From contig JAHLWP010000002.1 of the NCBI GenBank assembly GCA_019057865.1, positions 128,001 through 192,000 on the forward strand: a stretch of 64,000 bases of DNA, read 5' to 3'. The notes under the pieces are model-generated. The model was not told the DNA's origin, searched no databases, and worked only from the letters and a program-made list of their open reading frames with translations. The position numbers were made by a program, and so were the translations under genes. This stretch comes from Promethearchaeota archaeon. GTDB taxonomy: Archaea; Asgardarchaeota; Lokiarchaeia; Sigyniarchaeales; SOKP01. This document shows, piece after piece, positions 1-10,174 of this stretch (positions within the stretch are counted from its first letter, which is position 1; each line of letters opens with the position of its first letter).

Positions 1-642
1 ATCTAATTTATCATGAGAAAAGTTTTGAGAAAGTATTTTTATACCGTTAATAATGTGATCTTGTTCATTCAATATTGTAGTTGCCTCAATTTTTCCATCC
101 TTATGTTTATAGCAGTTTATTTTGCCAATATCATGAAGAATTGCTCCGGCAACTAGTACATCAGTATCTATGTCTAAGTCTTCTTTTAATATATCTGCAA
201 TTGATAAAGCTATTCTGCAAGTTTGTACGGTATGTTCCAATAATCCTCCAATATAGTTATGATGGTATACTATGGCACAGGGAGCATCAAAGAATTCTGG
301 ATATTTCTTTAGGAAATTATAAATTAGGTTTTTTAATTCAGTATCTTTCACTATTTCAATGTTTGCCATTAATTTTTTCTTCAATTCATCTAAATTTTGG
401 GAAGGTTCTACCTTTAATTTGATTGATTTAAGATTTTTGATTCCAATCTCTCCAATGTACCAAAATTTTTGATCCCAATTAAAAATAATTGAATACAGGT
501 CTTTTAGTTCCTGTTTTAATTTTGGATTATTAGAAATAACAAAGTCTTCATCAATAATTATAATATCTTCATGAGATCTGAATCGTAGATTATATGATTT
601 ATATTTTTGATTTAATTTTTCAATATTTACATTCAAGTCCAT
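1..642 (-). CDS. HD-domain 3'-5' exoribonuclease, YhaM/Cbf1-like (partial, runs off window start)
   Basis: Manual translation from ATG at 642 gives ...FFDAPCAIVYHHNYIGGLLEHT...GAILHDIGK...DHIING, matching the YhaM-type YHH/GGLLEH/HDIGK motifs. Not in the ORF track. Confidence 0.8.
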   Translation of the reverse strand, partial: MDLNVNIEKLNQKYKSYNLRFRSHEDIIIIDEDFVISNNPKLKQELKDLYSIIFNWDQKFWYIGEIGIKNLKSIKLKVEPSQNLDELKKKLMANIEIVKDTELKNLIYNFLKKYPEFFDAPCAIVYHHNYIGGLLEHTVQTCRIALSIADILKEDLDIDTDVLVAGAILHDIGKINCYKHKDGKIEATTILNEQDHIINGIKILSQNFSHDKLD

Positions 643-1145
643 ATTGATAATATAGTATAAATCCAATAAAAATCTCATAGAAATTTTTCTTTTAAATATA
701 GCTGAAATAATTTGGATAAATCAAATTTAATATAAGTTTATAGCGTTAAATTTAAAAAATAACTAAATAATCAAAATGGTTATTAAAAATGATAATTAAA
801 GATGAACAGGATATATTAAAATATAAAATAGAATATGGTGTAGAATTTTCAGAAATGGATTCAAAATCAAGAGATAAGCTAATCAGTGAAATCTGTAAAA
901 GAGTATTGAAATTAGAAGAAAAGTTTATTACCCTAAATTATGTTACATTAGAATAATTAAACAAATTGCTGTTTTCATATATCATCTATTATCACATTCA
1001 CTACTTTAAAATATATTTCTATTTATCATAGAAGAATATCGAAGATTAACAGGAAAGGATGTAAAAAATAAGCAGAAATACGACTAGAAGAAATTTAAAC
1101 GAGAAAATTTAAATTTATTGCATTTCCTTTAATTTTTTAAAAATC

Positions 1146-1922
1146 CTAAATAATAGAAGCAAATAAGTCTTTTGCTGTTCTATATGCTTTGCTATCATTA
1201 GGCAGGTGTAAGAGATTTTCACCAACTAAATTCATTCTACTGATTTCATCACTATTTGAAATGAAGCCTAGGAGCTTTACATATTCTTCCTTAATGTTAG
1301 CCACTTCTTTTTCTAAAATATCTCTAATATTTTCAGGAAACCGATTTCCGAGTATCCAGATGTTTTCAAATTTTAAATTGACTTCTTTAGATACTTCTAA
1401 TATACGTTTCATCGTATGGATGGCCATTTTGCTAGGATCACTTACTATTACTAAATCTGTGACATTTCGACCCGTTTTTCGGGCAAAATATTCTAATCCT
1501 GCTGGGGCATCTATTAATGTGATATCATAATTTTTTGAGAGGATGTCAATCACACGCTTTAAGGTGTTATTCACACTGCAATAGCACCCTTCACCTTCGC
1601 TACGCCCCATTTCTAAGATATCAAAATCATCCATTTCGATTAACGCATCAAAAACCTCTGATTCAATAATTTGATCTTTCGACACATCAAGGGGAATTTG
1701 TTGTTTTTGGATCTTGTCTTTTAGGACTGTCATTTTTCCGCCAATGGTTTCTTTAAAATGAATTTCTTTGCCGATAATATCTCCAATATTTGCGTCGGGA
1801 TCGGCATCAATTACGAGGATATTGAGATCCTTAAATGTTTCAAGGAGATATTTGAGCATTAGGACGAGGAGAGTAGATTTCCCAACCCCACCCTTTCCGC
1901 TGAACGAAATAATTTTTTTCAT
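1146..1922 (-). CDS. cooC: CooC/AcsF-type nickel-insertion ATPase (MinD/ParA family)
   Basis: SGKGGVGKS deviant Walker A, IDADPDAN, EGCYC metal motif, DAPAGLEY. Confidence 0.85.
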   Translation of the reverse strand: MKKIISFSGKGGVGKSTLLVLMLKYLLETFKDLNILVIDADPDANIGDIIGKEIHFKETIGGKMTVLKDKIQKQQIPLDVSKDQIIESEVFDALIEMDDFDILEMGRSEGEGCYCSVNNTLKRVIDILSKNYDITLIDAPAGLEYFARKTGRNVTDLVIVSDPSKMAIHTMKRILEVSKEVNLKFENIWILGNRFPENIRDILEKEVANIKEEYVKLLGFISNSDEISRMNLVGENLLHLPNDSKAYRTAKDLFASII

Positions 1923-2080
1923 GAATAATTCCTATAAAATTAGTTTTTAATCTTTATGTAGAGGAAATTGATTTAAGATTAAAAATTTATTATAAATAAT
2001 TCAAAAGATCATGAAAATTTCTAATAAGAAATATAAATCTAATTTAGTGTAGAATTAATAATTAATAAGTTATTTATAAA

Positions 2081-2896
2081 TTACCTTGTTTGTTCTTGAC
2101 GATATACTGGTACGATTTTTGAAGTAAATTCTTCCAATGTATGCGGAAATTCATCTTCACTTGAGATTTTACCTAATTCTAGCATAATTTGTCTTGCTAA
2201 TAGGTAAAATGCTAATCCTAAAGCCTTCTTTCCCCGATTATTTGCTGGAATCGCAAGATCTATGCCATCAAGAGTATCATCAGTATCAAATAGAGATACC
2301 ACAGGAATTCGAGCTAATTTAGCTTCGTGTAGAATTACTTTATCCGCATGTGGATCAACAATTACTACAACACTAGCATCTTTGATATATGTATCAATAA
2401 TTGGATTTGTAAGTGATCCTGGTATAAACCTCCCAGTTATAGCTCGGCATCCTAATACTTCACAGAATTTTTTAACAGGTTCTTTCCCGTATCTCCTAAC
2501 TGAAGTAACAATGACTCTATCGCTTCCCTCTTCTACAAACTTACTTAGAAATTTTGATGCAATTTTAAGACGCTCGTCAGTTTTAGTTAAATCAATAACA
2601 TACAATCCATAATTGGTTTGTCTATAAATAAATCTTCTAGCATCTCCAGTTAACAATTTCGTGCCAATATGAATACCACAACTTAAGTAAAGTTGTTTTC
2701 TTTCCTCATCTTTATCAATTATTTCTTCCTTGACTTCAATTCCTGCTTTAATATCCTCAGTATCCAATAAATCAAGTTCTTCTTCCAAATCTAAATCATC
2801 TTCGAAATCAATCTCGAAATCTTCGTTAAAATCTTCTATAGCATCGTCAGTTTTTTCTTTATCTAGTTCTTCAGTTTTCTTTTTCTTTCTAGCCAA
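2081..2896 (-). CDS. rps2: 30S ribosomal protein S2 (uS2) with acidic N-terminal extension
   Basis: GIHIGTK, GRFIPGSLTN, IPANNRGKKAL motifs; TTG start. Confidence 0.95.
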   Translation of the reverse strand: MARKKKKTEELDKEKTDDAIEDFNEDFEIDFEDDLDLEEELDLLDTEDIKAGIEVKEEIIDKDEERKQLYLSCGIHIGTKLLTGDARRFIYRQTNYGLYVIDLTKTDERLKIASKFLSKFVEEGSDRVIVTSVRRYGKEPVKKFCEVLGCRAITGRFIPGSLTNPIIDTYIKDASVVVIVDPHADKVILHEAKLARIPVVSLFDTDDTLDGIDLAIPANNRGKKALGLAFYLLARQIMLELGKISSEDEFPHTLEEFTSKIVPVYRQEQTR

Positions 2897-3128
2897 ATTA
2901 TTAGCCTTTTTTATGATTTTCTTAAGTGAGTTTAATTAGAATTTTTTTTAAATTAAGAATTTTAATGAATATTAAATTTAATACATAATAATTTTAATAT
3001 TTTATTGAAAGAAATCTTCTAAGCCATTAAGAACTAAAGTATTAATATAGTTTAAAATTTAAATTATTTATATAACCTATTTATTTCATATTAAAGTATA
3101 AAATTAGAATTCTAATATGGTTTGAATA

Positions 3129-3617
3129 ATGGCTTCCTACCGGTTAGTTATTGGAATCATTGTTGGTATCATCCTTAGTTTTTTTACCGTCTTTTTCTTT
3201 AATATGACGGATATTATAAATCAAATAAAACTATACGCTGAATCTAATACGATAAAAGCGGCTGCTTTATTAGTTGGTGCTAATTTTAATTTCGATATGA
3301 TTTCATTTTTCACAGGTACACCTACAGTTCTAGGATTCTTTGCTCCGGAACTTTTAGCATGGATTTTTATAAGTTTTATAAGTGGAACTATATCCAAAGG
3401 TTTGAGGAGAGGTATTATAACGGGTTTATTAGTTGTTGTTATAGCCTTGTTAATCTGGATTTTATTAAGTATAATTTCTGGAGAAGATTTAATGGCTTTA
3501 TTCCAAGGAAATCAATTAATTGAAACTTTAGGAGGAACTTTTAGCGCAATTTTAGGAGCACTTATAGGAGGTTTATTTGGTGGATTAGTAAGTGGTCCAT
3601 ATGAAGAATTTTATTAA
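3129..3617 (+). CDS. Hypothetical multi-pass membrane protein
   Basis: About four hydrophobic Gly-rich helices. Confidence 0.7.
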   Translation: MASYRLVIGIIVGIILSFFTVFFFNMTDIINQIKLYAESNTIKAAALLVGANFNFDMISFFTGTPTVLGFFAPELLAWIFISFISGTISKGLRRGIITGLLVVVIALLIWILLSIISGEDLMALFQGNQLIETLGGTFSAILGALIGGLFGGLVSGPYEEFY

Positions 3618-3799
3618 TTCCCTAACAATTTCACTTTATCGATTTTTCTTAATTATTGAAGTTCTAACTCGCTTAAAATTAAAATTAAATTATTGGATTG
3701 AGTAGAATTAGTATTTTATGATAACAGTAGATATATACTGATTTGTTCATATTTGTTAATAACTAAAACTTAAAGTTAATTTTGAATTTATAATTAGTA

Positions 3800-4336
3800 A
3801 TGGGAAAGAAAGAAGAAATTATACCAGATCGGGAATTTGCATTAGATTTACTTAGAAGACTGAAAATTCTACTTTCAGTTAGACGCCATTCTGAAAAGGT
3901 TGCTGACAAAGCTTTAGAAATTGCAGATAAAATAACCAAAACCAATGTCGATAAAAATCTGATTGAAATTGGTGCGCTTTTACATGATGTTGGAAGAACA
4001 AAAACGCATGGATTTAGACATGCATTAATAGGGGGCAAAATTTTAAGAGAAAGAGGTTTTTCAATTAGCCTCGCTAGGATTTGTGAGACACACATTTTAG
4101 GAGGATTAGATAAAGAAGATGCTAAACGATTTGGATTACCTGAAAAAGATTATTTACCAAAAACACTTGAAGAAAAAATCATTTGTTTAGCAGATAAACA
4201 AATGGCTGGAACTAGGGAGGTAACGATTAAAGAGAGATTTGATAGATGGTTCCAAAAATATGGGAAAAGTAGAATTTTATTAAAATCAAAGAAAAGAATA
4301 GAACAGATTCAACAAGAGATTGAAAGTTTAATGTAG
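3800..4336 (+). CDS. HD-domain phosphohydrolase (HDIG type)
   Basis: RHS...GALLHDVGR...H...ETHI...EEKIICLADK. Confidence 0.85.
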   Translation: MGKKEEIIPDREFALDLLRRLKILLSVRRHSEKVADKALEIADKITKTNVDKNLIEIGALLHDVGRTKTHGFRHALIGGKILRERGFSISLARICETHILGGLDKEDAKRFGLPEKDYLPKTLEEKIICLADKQMAGTREVTIKERFDRWFQKYGKSRILLKSKKRIEQIQQEIESLM

Positions 4337-4390
4337 GGACTTCAAGGAGATTTCAATGATCTAATAATATTTTTTCTATAATTATATAAC

Positions 4391-5674
4391 TTATTTAGCC
4401 TCACAAACTAATTCTTGATTTTTACATAATACTTGAAAATCATTATCTAGCATTAGAATTGCTTCTTGAATTATTACACATGTTTCTAATAATTTTTGAG
4501 GATCTACTTTATCAGGAGTATCCTCTTTATTATGGGCATATCTACTAGCTATTCTGGTAGTAATGTCTACAGAATCATATCCTCTTAAATGAAAAGCGAC
4601 TGAATCTGAATGAGCACCAGTAGATAAATGAAATCCTAAAACTTTTAAATTTTTTTTATTTGAAGCTTTATCTAAATATTTACTTAATAATGGCGCAATT
4701 TTTTTACGAGGTAGAACCCCAAAGGTCTTCAGATACTGAATTTGATTTTTTTCATGATTAGCACAGGAAATCATATCAAAATTAAATTGAAAAATACTTC
4801 CTTTTACAAATTGATTTTCATATTTATTTACAAAAACTCTTGAACCCATTGTTCCTAATTCTTCAGCCGAAAATTGGCAAAACCATAAATTAAAATTTTC
4901 AAGAGGGTTGTTTTTAAAGTAAGTGCTTAGTTCAAATACTATAGCCATTCCAGAAGCATTGTCGAGAGCACCTGGTGATTCATTATGGGTATTTAGGAAC
5001 ATTAAGAAGATATTTGAAATTGAAATTAGAGTTGTAAATGTCCAAATACCAATTCCAATAATTAATAGATCGGGTTTTAGAATAGTAAAAGTGCGAATGA
5101 ATAAAGCAATTAAAAATCCTCCTAGGAAAATTCCACTATATAACCAAACTCGATAAAGTAATATTCTCCAATACGTTCGAAAAGTTTGAGATTTGGAGTC
5201 TAAATGAGCAGAAATTATAATATTACCAGCGCTTTCACTTTGAAGGTTTTTAGCTGATAATTTAATAAAAACATTAGTTGCATTAAGGGTCTTTCCATAA
5301 TATTCACCCCAGAATCCAGGATATTCAGGATGTTTTAATCCCTTTATAATTAAGAAAATAATTAATGAAAAACCACTTACTACTAAAATTGTAATATAAA
5401 TATTGATATAGATAAACATTAACAGGAATAGTGAAAAAGTTAAGTTGATAACCATTATCAACTTAACGAGTGTTGTAGAGTAAAAATCAGAAAAATTAAA
5501 ATTTTGGGTTTGAATTTGAGAAGCTTTAAAGCCAATATTATTAAAGGTTTTAATTGTTAGATCAACAGCTTTTTTTTCTCCTTCGGTTCCAGCTAAACGA
5601 GGAAAACTAAATTTCTTTACATAATTAATAATTTTTCCTTTATCAAACGTATATGTTGGTTTTCCTGTATTCAA
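4391..5674 (-). CDS. M28 family metallopeptidase, membrane-bound
   Basis: PRLAGTEGE, SAHLDSK, GALDNASG, AEELG, HSD..F and H..EDT motifs plus TM segments. Confidence 0.9.
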   Translation of the reverse strand: MNTGKPTYTFDKGKIINYVKKFSFPRLAGTEGEKKAVDLTIKTFNNIGFKASQIQTQNFNFSDFYSTTLVKLIMVINLTFSLFLLMFIYINIYITILVVSGFSLIIFLIIKGLKHPEYPGFWGEYYGKTLNATNVFIKLSAKNLQSESAGNIIISAHLDSKSQTFRTYWRILLYRVWLYSGIFLGGFLIALFIRTFTILKPDLLIIGIGIWTFTTLISISNIFLMFLNTHNESPGALDNASGMAIVFELSTYFKNNPLENFNLWFCQFSAEELGTMGSRVFVNKYENQFVKGSIFQFNFDMISCANHEKNQIQYLKTFGVLPRKKIAPLLSKYLDKASNKKNLKVLGFHLSTGAHSDSVAFHLRGYDSVDITTRIASRYAHNKEDTPDKVDPQKLLETCVIIQEAILMLDNDFQVLCKNQELVCEAK

Positions 5675-5837
5675 TTTTTCTAATTATGTATGTATTATGT
5701 AATTTTTGATTTTACAGTTCCATTTTTTAAAATAATTATAAAAATTTATGTCTTATTATTTAAAAAAAATACTGGCAACTACAAATCCAACTTGGGCTAA
5801 AAATTTTAAATTTTTTAAAAAATAAATATCACTAATA

Positions 5838-6299
5838 TTATTTACTATTATCAAACGATATAGTAATAATTTCTTTACCTTGAAAAAAATCAGAAATAAC
5901 CTCATCTGTATCATAATCATAATAATCTCCCCAGTCTATATAATCGGTATCCTTAATCTCCCAAGCAACACCATCCTCATCCTCAATATCTACGTCATCT
6001 CCTATGTATTCTTTATCGTCGTCTTTTAAATCATTTAAAGTCACTAAAGAGTTAATATTGATATTTGTTTCATTTTTCATATCCTCTAAAAATTCTCGCT
6101 CTCCCGAAGAATCGTACATTATTAACAGAGTTCTTTTATTTTCTTGCCCTAATATTTTTCCATCTCTTGCCTCTAACGTACCATTAAGTATAGCAAAATG
6201 CATTATGACCTTCAATTCCTTATGACTCTGAATGAATTTCACTATCTCTTTAGCCTCTAACTCTGAATGAACAGGATGAATCCAACCTTCTATCGGCAT
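5838..6299 (-). CDS. Hypothetical acidic protein
   Basis: 153-aa ORF with plausible composition; no family recognised. Confidence 0.55.
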   Translation of the reverse strand: MPIEGWIHPVHSELEAKEIVKFIQSHKELKVIMHFAILNGTLEARDGKILGQENKRTLLIMYDSSGEREFLEDMKNETNININSLVTLNDLKDDDKEYIGDDVDIEDEDGVAWEIKDTDYIDWGDYYDYDTDEVISDFFQGKEIITISFDNSK

Positions 6300-7279
6300 T
6301 CTTTATCACATAATAAATAAAAAAATATATTTATAAATTTATAGACTGGCCTAACTTATCTTATCATAATAACTTAATTATAGATCGCCAAGATAATTAT
6401 CTAAAGTGTTGCCCCAAGTACCATAGTAACTGGGTTGAAACACAAAATTGGGATCATTGAAAATGACTCTAACTTGCCGTGTTACCTCTTTAATGATGTG
6501 ATCTCTAATCGCTGATGTTGAATGAGGTAAATAATTTAAATTTGGAAATTGAGGATTTAAAGAAAAAATGAATTAAACAATTAAAACCACTAAAAATAAG
6601 CGAATTACTCGGCTTAAGACAATTAATTTAGAGCTATATTCTCAAAACGTCTCCTTTTAGAAAAAAAATAATGGTTATTAGAATTCGAAAGAGGGGATAG
6701 CAAAATCATTCATTGCGCTGAGGCTTTTCGAAACCAAATAATTATTGTCGGGATTAACTATGGAAAATCGAAGCAGGAAAAAAAGAATTACCACGGGGAT
6801 AAAGGTTCCAAGGTATATGGAAATCGTTAGTAATAACGAGAATAAAATTGCATTTTTAAGATTAGCTATTTTTAACATGTTTAAATATAAGAGCTCCACT
6901 ATTAAAAATTTAAGTATTATCAGAATAAAGTGGATTGAAATTATAAAGATTGAATTATCAATTAATTTAGAAGTACCAAAAAAAAGTGATTTCTGAAATT
7001 TGCTCTATCTTCTTAGAGTTTAGAACATATTTTTTTTTATTAATTATTGCAACAATATGTGAAAAATGCGTTATCATGACTACTATAAGGAGATTTACCA
7101 TTTATTTAGCTATTAAAATTTAAAGGAGAAAATCGGTGTTACTCAAGAGAAATTATTAAATCATATTCATAAGCAACTAGAGCACGATCTAAGTCGAGAC
7201 CAAATCGAAATCAATAAAAAGATGTTTCAAAAGAAAAAAAGAAGAACTTAATTTCTATTTTTTTTTTTTTAATTCTTTA

Positions 7280-10168
7280 TTAATCTTCATATTCTGTTTG
7301 AGGCGTTTCAGGATTCAAATAATTATAATAAGAAATACCAACATCAACTAGATCCATAAAGGCATTAGAAATGATTAGATCATCCATATATCCACAATAG
7401 GAATCAGAGTAACCATTCTCATCTTTATACTGCCCGAGAACCAAAGTTCCTGTGGGAGCGATTCGTCCAAAACAATGTCCACCACAACCACAGTGGTTTA
7501 TATCGCCATTATTCACATAAAGCCAACTCTCATCATGACTTTCTGAATATGATAATGTTACCATCATCCAGCCCTCTCCAGCAAGATTAAAATTTAAGTT
7601 GTGTGCTCTATATCCATTAATATAAACCTCTAGATTCCCCCCATCCGCGTAACTCGCTTGACAAATTCTAATTACCTCATTACCAGCATCATCTAAATAG
7701 GTAAGATAGGTTCTAGCACTAGGGCTAGAAGTTGAATGTACCCAAAATTGGATACATATATCTTGATAAAATTCCGGATCATCAGTGGACATTGTAAAAC
7801 CTTCCTTTTCTATATATGAGTTAGTAGTACCATCAAAATAAGCTCCGTTGCCCCAGTCATGGTTATTAGTGTCGTATGATTCCGGTTTTAACCCTCCAGA
7901 AGTTACTATAGAATCGGATTTAGTCATATTATTATCATAACCCTCAGTTTCACTTATATCGCGAAGAAAAATATCGTCTTCGTCTTCATTAAAATCATAA
8001 TGAGTTGTCATTGCTGGTTCACTTCGAGCATAATAGAATTGTTTTGTCCCAAAGACATTTCCATATTGATCTTCTCCCGTAAAATAATAGGTAATTACAT
8101 CCCCTTTATTTATCGTAATAGTACTGATATATTGACTTCCAACTTGAGTCATGACAACAGGATTCTGTCCTAAAACATTCACTTTAACATTATTTCTATA
8201 GCGATAATCTATATTATCTACTATAACTTCATAATCATCCCCATCTTCAAGCCAAGTTATACTTTCGTCATCGAATATTAAATCCCCATCAAAGTAATTA
8301 GTAGCATCTACTCCTGTAAGTTCTCGAGTTATATCATTTAAAGAAATCTCCTTTTTATAGTATCTCGTATGACTTCCTACCTCACTCTTTGTATAATAGT
8401 AATTATTTACATCATTGCCATGTAAAGGTATACCTGCGGTATCTACGGTTCCATCCGTATCCACACCCAATATAGTATTATATTTTGTGGCATATGTACT
8501 ATAATGAATTGTATTATAGGGACCAAAATCTGAAATACTAAATGGAGTATCACCAGGAGAATTCACAAAATTTAAGAAAAGACTGCCCATCTTCATCTGA
8601 TCCAACTGGTATCCCCAAACATCAAATACAGCCCCAACAAGCCCAACAATGTATTTTAATCCGGGAATCCACATGAGAATATTTTTACTAGCCAATGTAT
8701 TTCCATAGTTAGGAGTACCCATTAAAGCTACATTGTGGATAGTAATACCCTCCGCACGAAGCAAAGGATAAAATAATTTAATCATAGCTCTTGTAACTAA
8801 TCCTCCCATTGAATGGGCGGCAATGTCAATATTTGATTTCATATGTTCGGGATCATCTTCAGGGAGAGAACAATGATTTTTGATATATAGGTAAAGTCTA
8901 AATGCAATTATTTCGATCGGTGTGCTTACGGTAACTAAATTAAATTCGGGTTCTTCATCAAAATGTTCATAGTAATCGGGATAAAATATATCATCTTCAC
9001 CATAATAGTCATATAATGGACGGTATCCATTACCATCTAAATTTAACGGATATTTAAAGTAATCATAAGCACTTCGTTTGTGTCCATATCCATGGAGAAA
9101 GATAAGAGATCTATCGTTATCTAAATTTGCATGGGGGTCATTTGTAAATGTAAAATTATCAAACATCGTACATCCATCCTTGTAAGCTACATGTGTCCCG
9201 ATATAGACTTTTTCGATTTTTACTTGATTATCATATTGAACACCTTTCAAAGATTTGCACGCATAATCTCCAGTAGTTTCATCAGCTACACTTATAGAAT
9301 ATCTGCGAACATCATAATAAATACCAATCTCAATTTTAATTTTATACCACACACCATCGGATACAGCTGCTAAAACGTCATAAGACACTCCACAATCAGT
9401 AGTATATTCTATTGTTAAAGTCTTAAGGTTAAATCTGAAGCGAAATGCTACAGTACCATCAGCGGCTCTAAAATACATGTAATGCTGGTTATTAGAAGGA
9501 CTTTGTTCTAATCGAACGGAAAATTCGATTGTTCCATCTACTAAGATATGATCAAAATAATGTTCAAGCCAAGCTTTTCCATCGTCAGTATCATCATATA
9601 ATTGTAATACTTTCGAATGGCTCCCATAAGGACCATCCTGAATCCAGGCTGTTGCAAAATCATTTGGATAATAATAGCCATCAGAATCATCAACAAACGC
9701 TATAGATGTTCCCGATGCGTGATGACCCTCGCCTGAAAAATCTTCGGTCTCAGATGAGCCAGCTGCCCAGACCCAGTCTTCATGAGCCAAATCGTTTGCT
9801 ATCGTTTGGGCTTGAGCTGACGCATCAGCATCAGCACTTGCCTGAGCAATTGCCAATGCAGCCTCATATGCTGCGGTATATGCTTTATTATCCGCATCAC
9901 TTTGGCTAGTATATGAAATTGCTGATCTTGTTGCGCTTCCAGTCCACTCTCCCTCCACGGTTACATCTACATAGTAATCGTCAGAATATCCATTATAAGT
10001 ACCAGTTTTTGTTCCCTCAAAAGAGCCAGTATACACAGTTACTGTAGCACTTTTTGTGGATGAATAGGTATCATCACCAGGCCAAAATCCTGCTTGTGCC
10101 ATTGGTGCAAAGAATCCAATTAGAAAAATAGAAACGAAAATTACGCCTAATATTTTTAATTTTTTCAT
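7280..10168 (-). CDS. Large secreted multidomain protein: signal peptide, DUF5977-like segment, beta-sandwich, alpha/beta hydrolase, C-terminal LamG/pentraxin-like domain
   Basis: MKKLK plus hydrophobic stretch plus AQA signal; SYTSQSDADNKA; LIFLHGY, AHSMGG nucleophile elbow, GTPNYG, TDGTV, SH; GTLVLGQYKD...GYMDDL. Confidence 0.75.
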   Translation of the reverse strand: MKKLKILGVIFVSIFLIGFFAPMAQAGFWPGDDTYSSTKSATVTVYTGSFEGTKTGTYNGYSDDYYVDVTVEGEWTGSATRSAISYTSQSDADNKAYTAAYEAALAIAQASADADASAQAQTIANDLAHEDWVWAAGSSETEDFSGEGHHASGTSIAFVDDSDGYYYPNDFATAWIQDGPYGSHSKVLQLYDDTDDGKAWLEHYFDHILVDGTIEFSVRLEQSPSNNQHYMYFRAADGTVAFRFRFNLKTLTIEYTTDCGVSYDVLAAVSDGVWYKIKIEIGIYYDVRRYSISVADETTGDYACKSLKGVQYDNQVKIEKVYIGTHVAYKDGCTMFDNFTFTNDPHANLDNDRSLIFLHGYGHKRSAYDYFKYPLNLDGNGYRPLYDYYGEDDIFYPDYYEHFDEEPEFNLVTVSTPIEIIAFRLYLYIKNHCSLPEDDPEHMKSNIDIAAHSMGGLVTRAMIKLFYPLLRAEGITIHNVALMGTPNYGNTLASKNILMWIPGLKYIVGLVGAVFDVWGYQLDQMKMGSLFLNFVNSPGDTPFSISDFGPYNTIHYSTYATKYNTILGVDTDGTVDTAGIPLHGNDVNNYYYTKSEVGSHTRYYKKEISLNDITRELTGVDATNYFDGDLIFDDESITWLEDGDDYEVIVDNIDYRYRNNVKVNVLGQNPVVMTQVGSQYISTITINKGDVITYYFTGEDQYGNVFGTKQFYYARSEPAMTTHYDFNEDEDDIFLRDISETEGYDNNMTKSDSIVTSGGLKPESYDTNNHDWGNGAYFDGTTNSYIEKEGFTMSTDDPEFYQDICIQFWVHSTSSPSARTYLTYLDDAGNEVIRICQASYADGGNLEVYINGYRAHNLNFNLAGEGWMMVTLSYSESHDESWLYVNNGDINHCGCGGHCFGRIAPTGTLVLGQYKDENGYSDSYCGYMDDLIISNAFMDLVDVGISYYNYLNPETPQTEYED

Positions 10169-10174
10169 AAATTT

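Noticed and set aside
81-422. 113-aa plus-strand ORF
   Set aside because: It is the antisense shadow of the minus-strand YhaM-like HD gene (1-642).
5785-5802. tccaacttgggctaa resembling tccgatttggagctaa at about 16791 as possible island att sites
   Set aside because: Short, with several mismatches and an indel, and no integrase present; not distinguishable from chance.
6678-6996. Two short overlapping ORFs on opposite strands
   Set aside because: No recognisable motifs; probably decayed island sequence.
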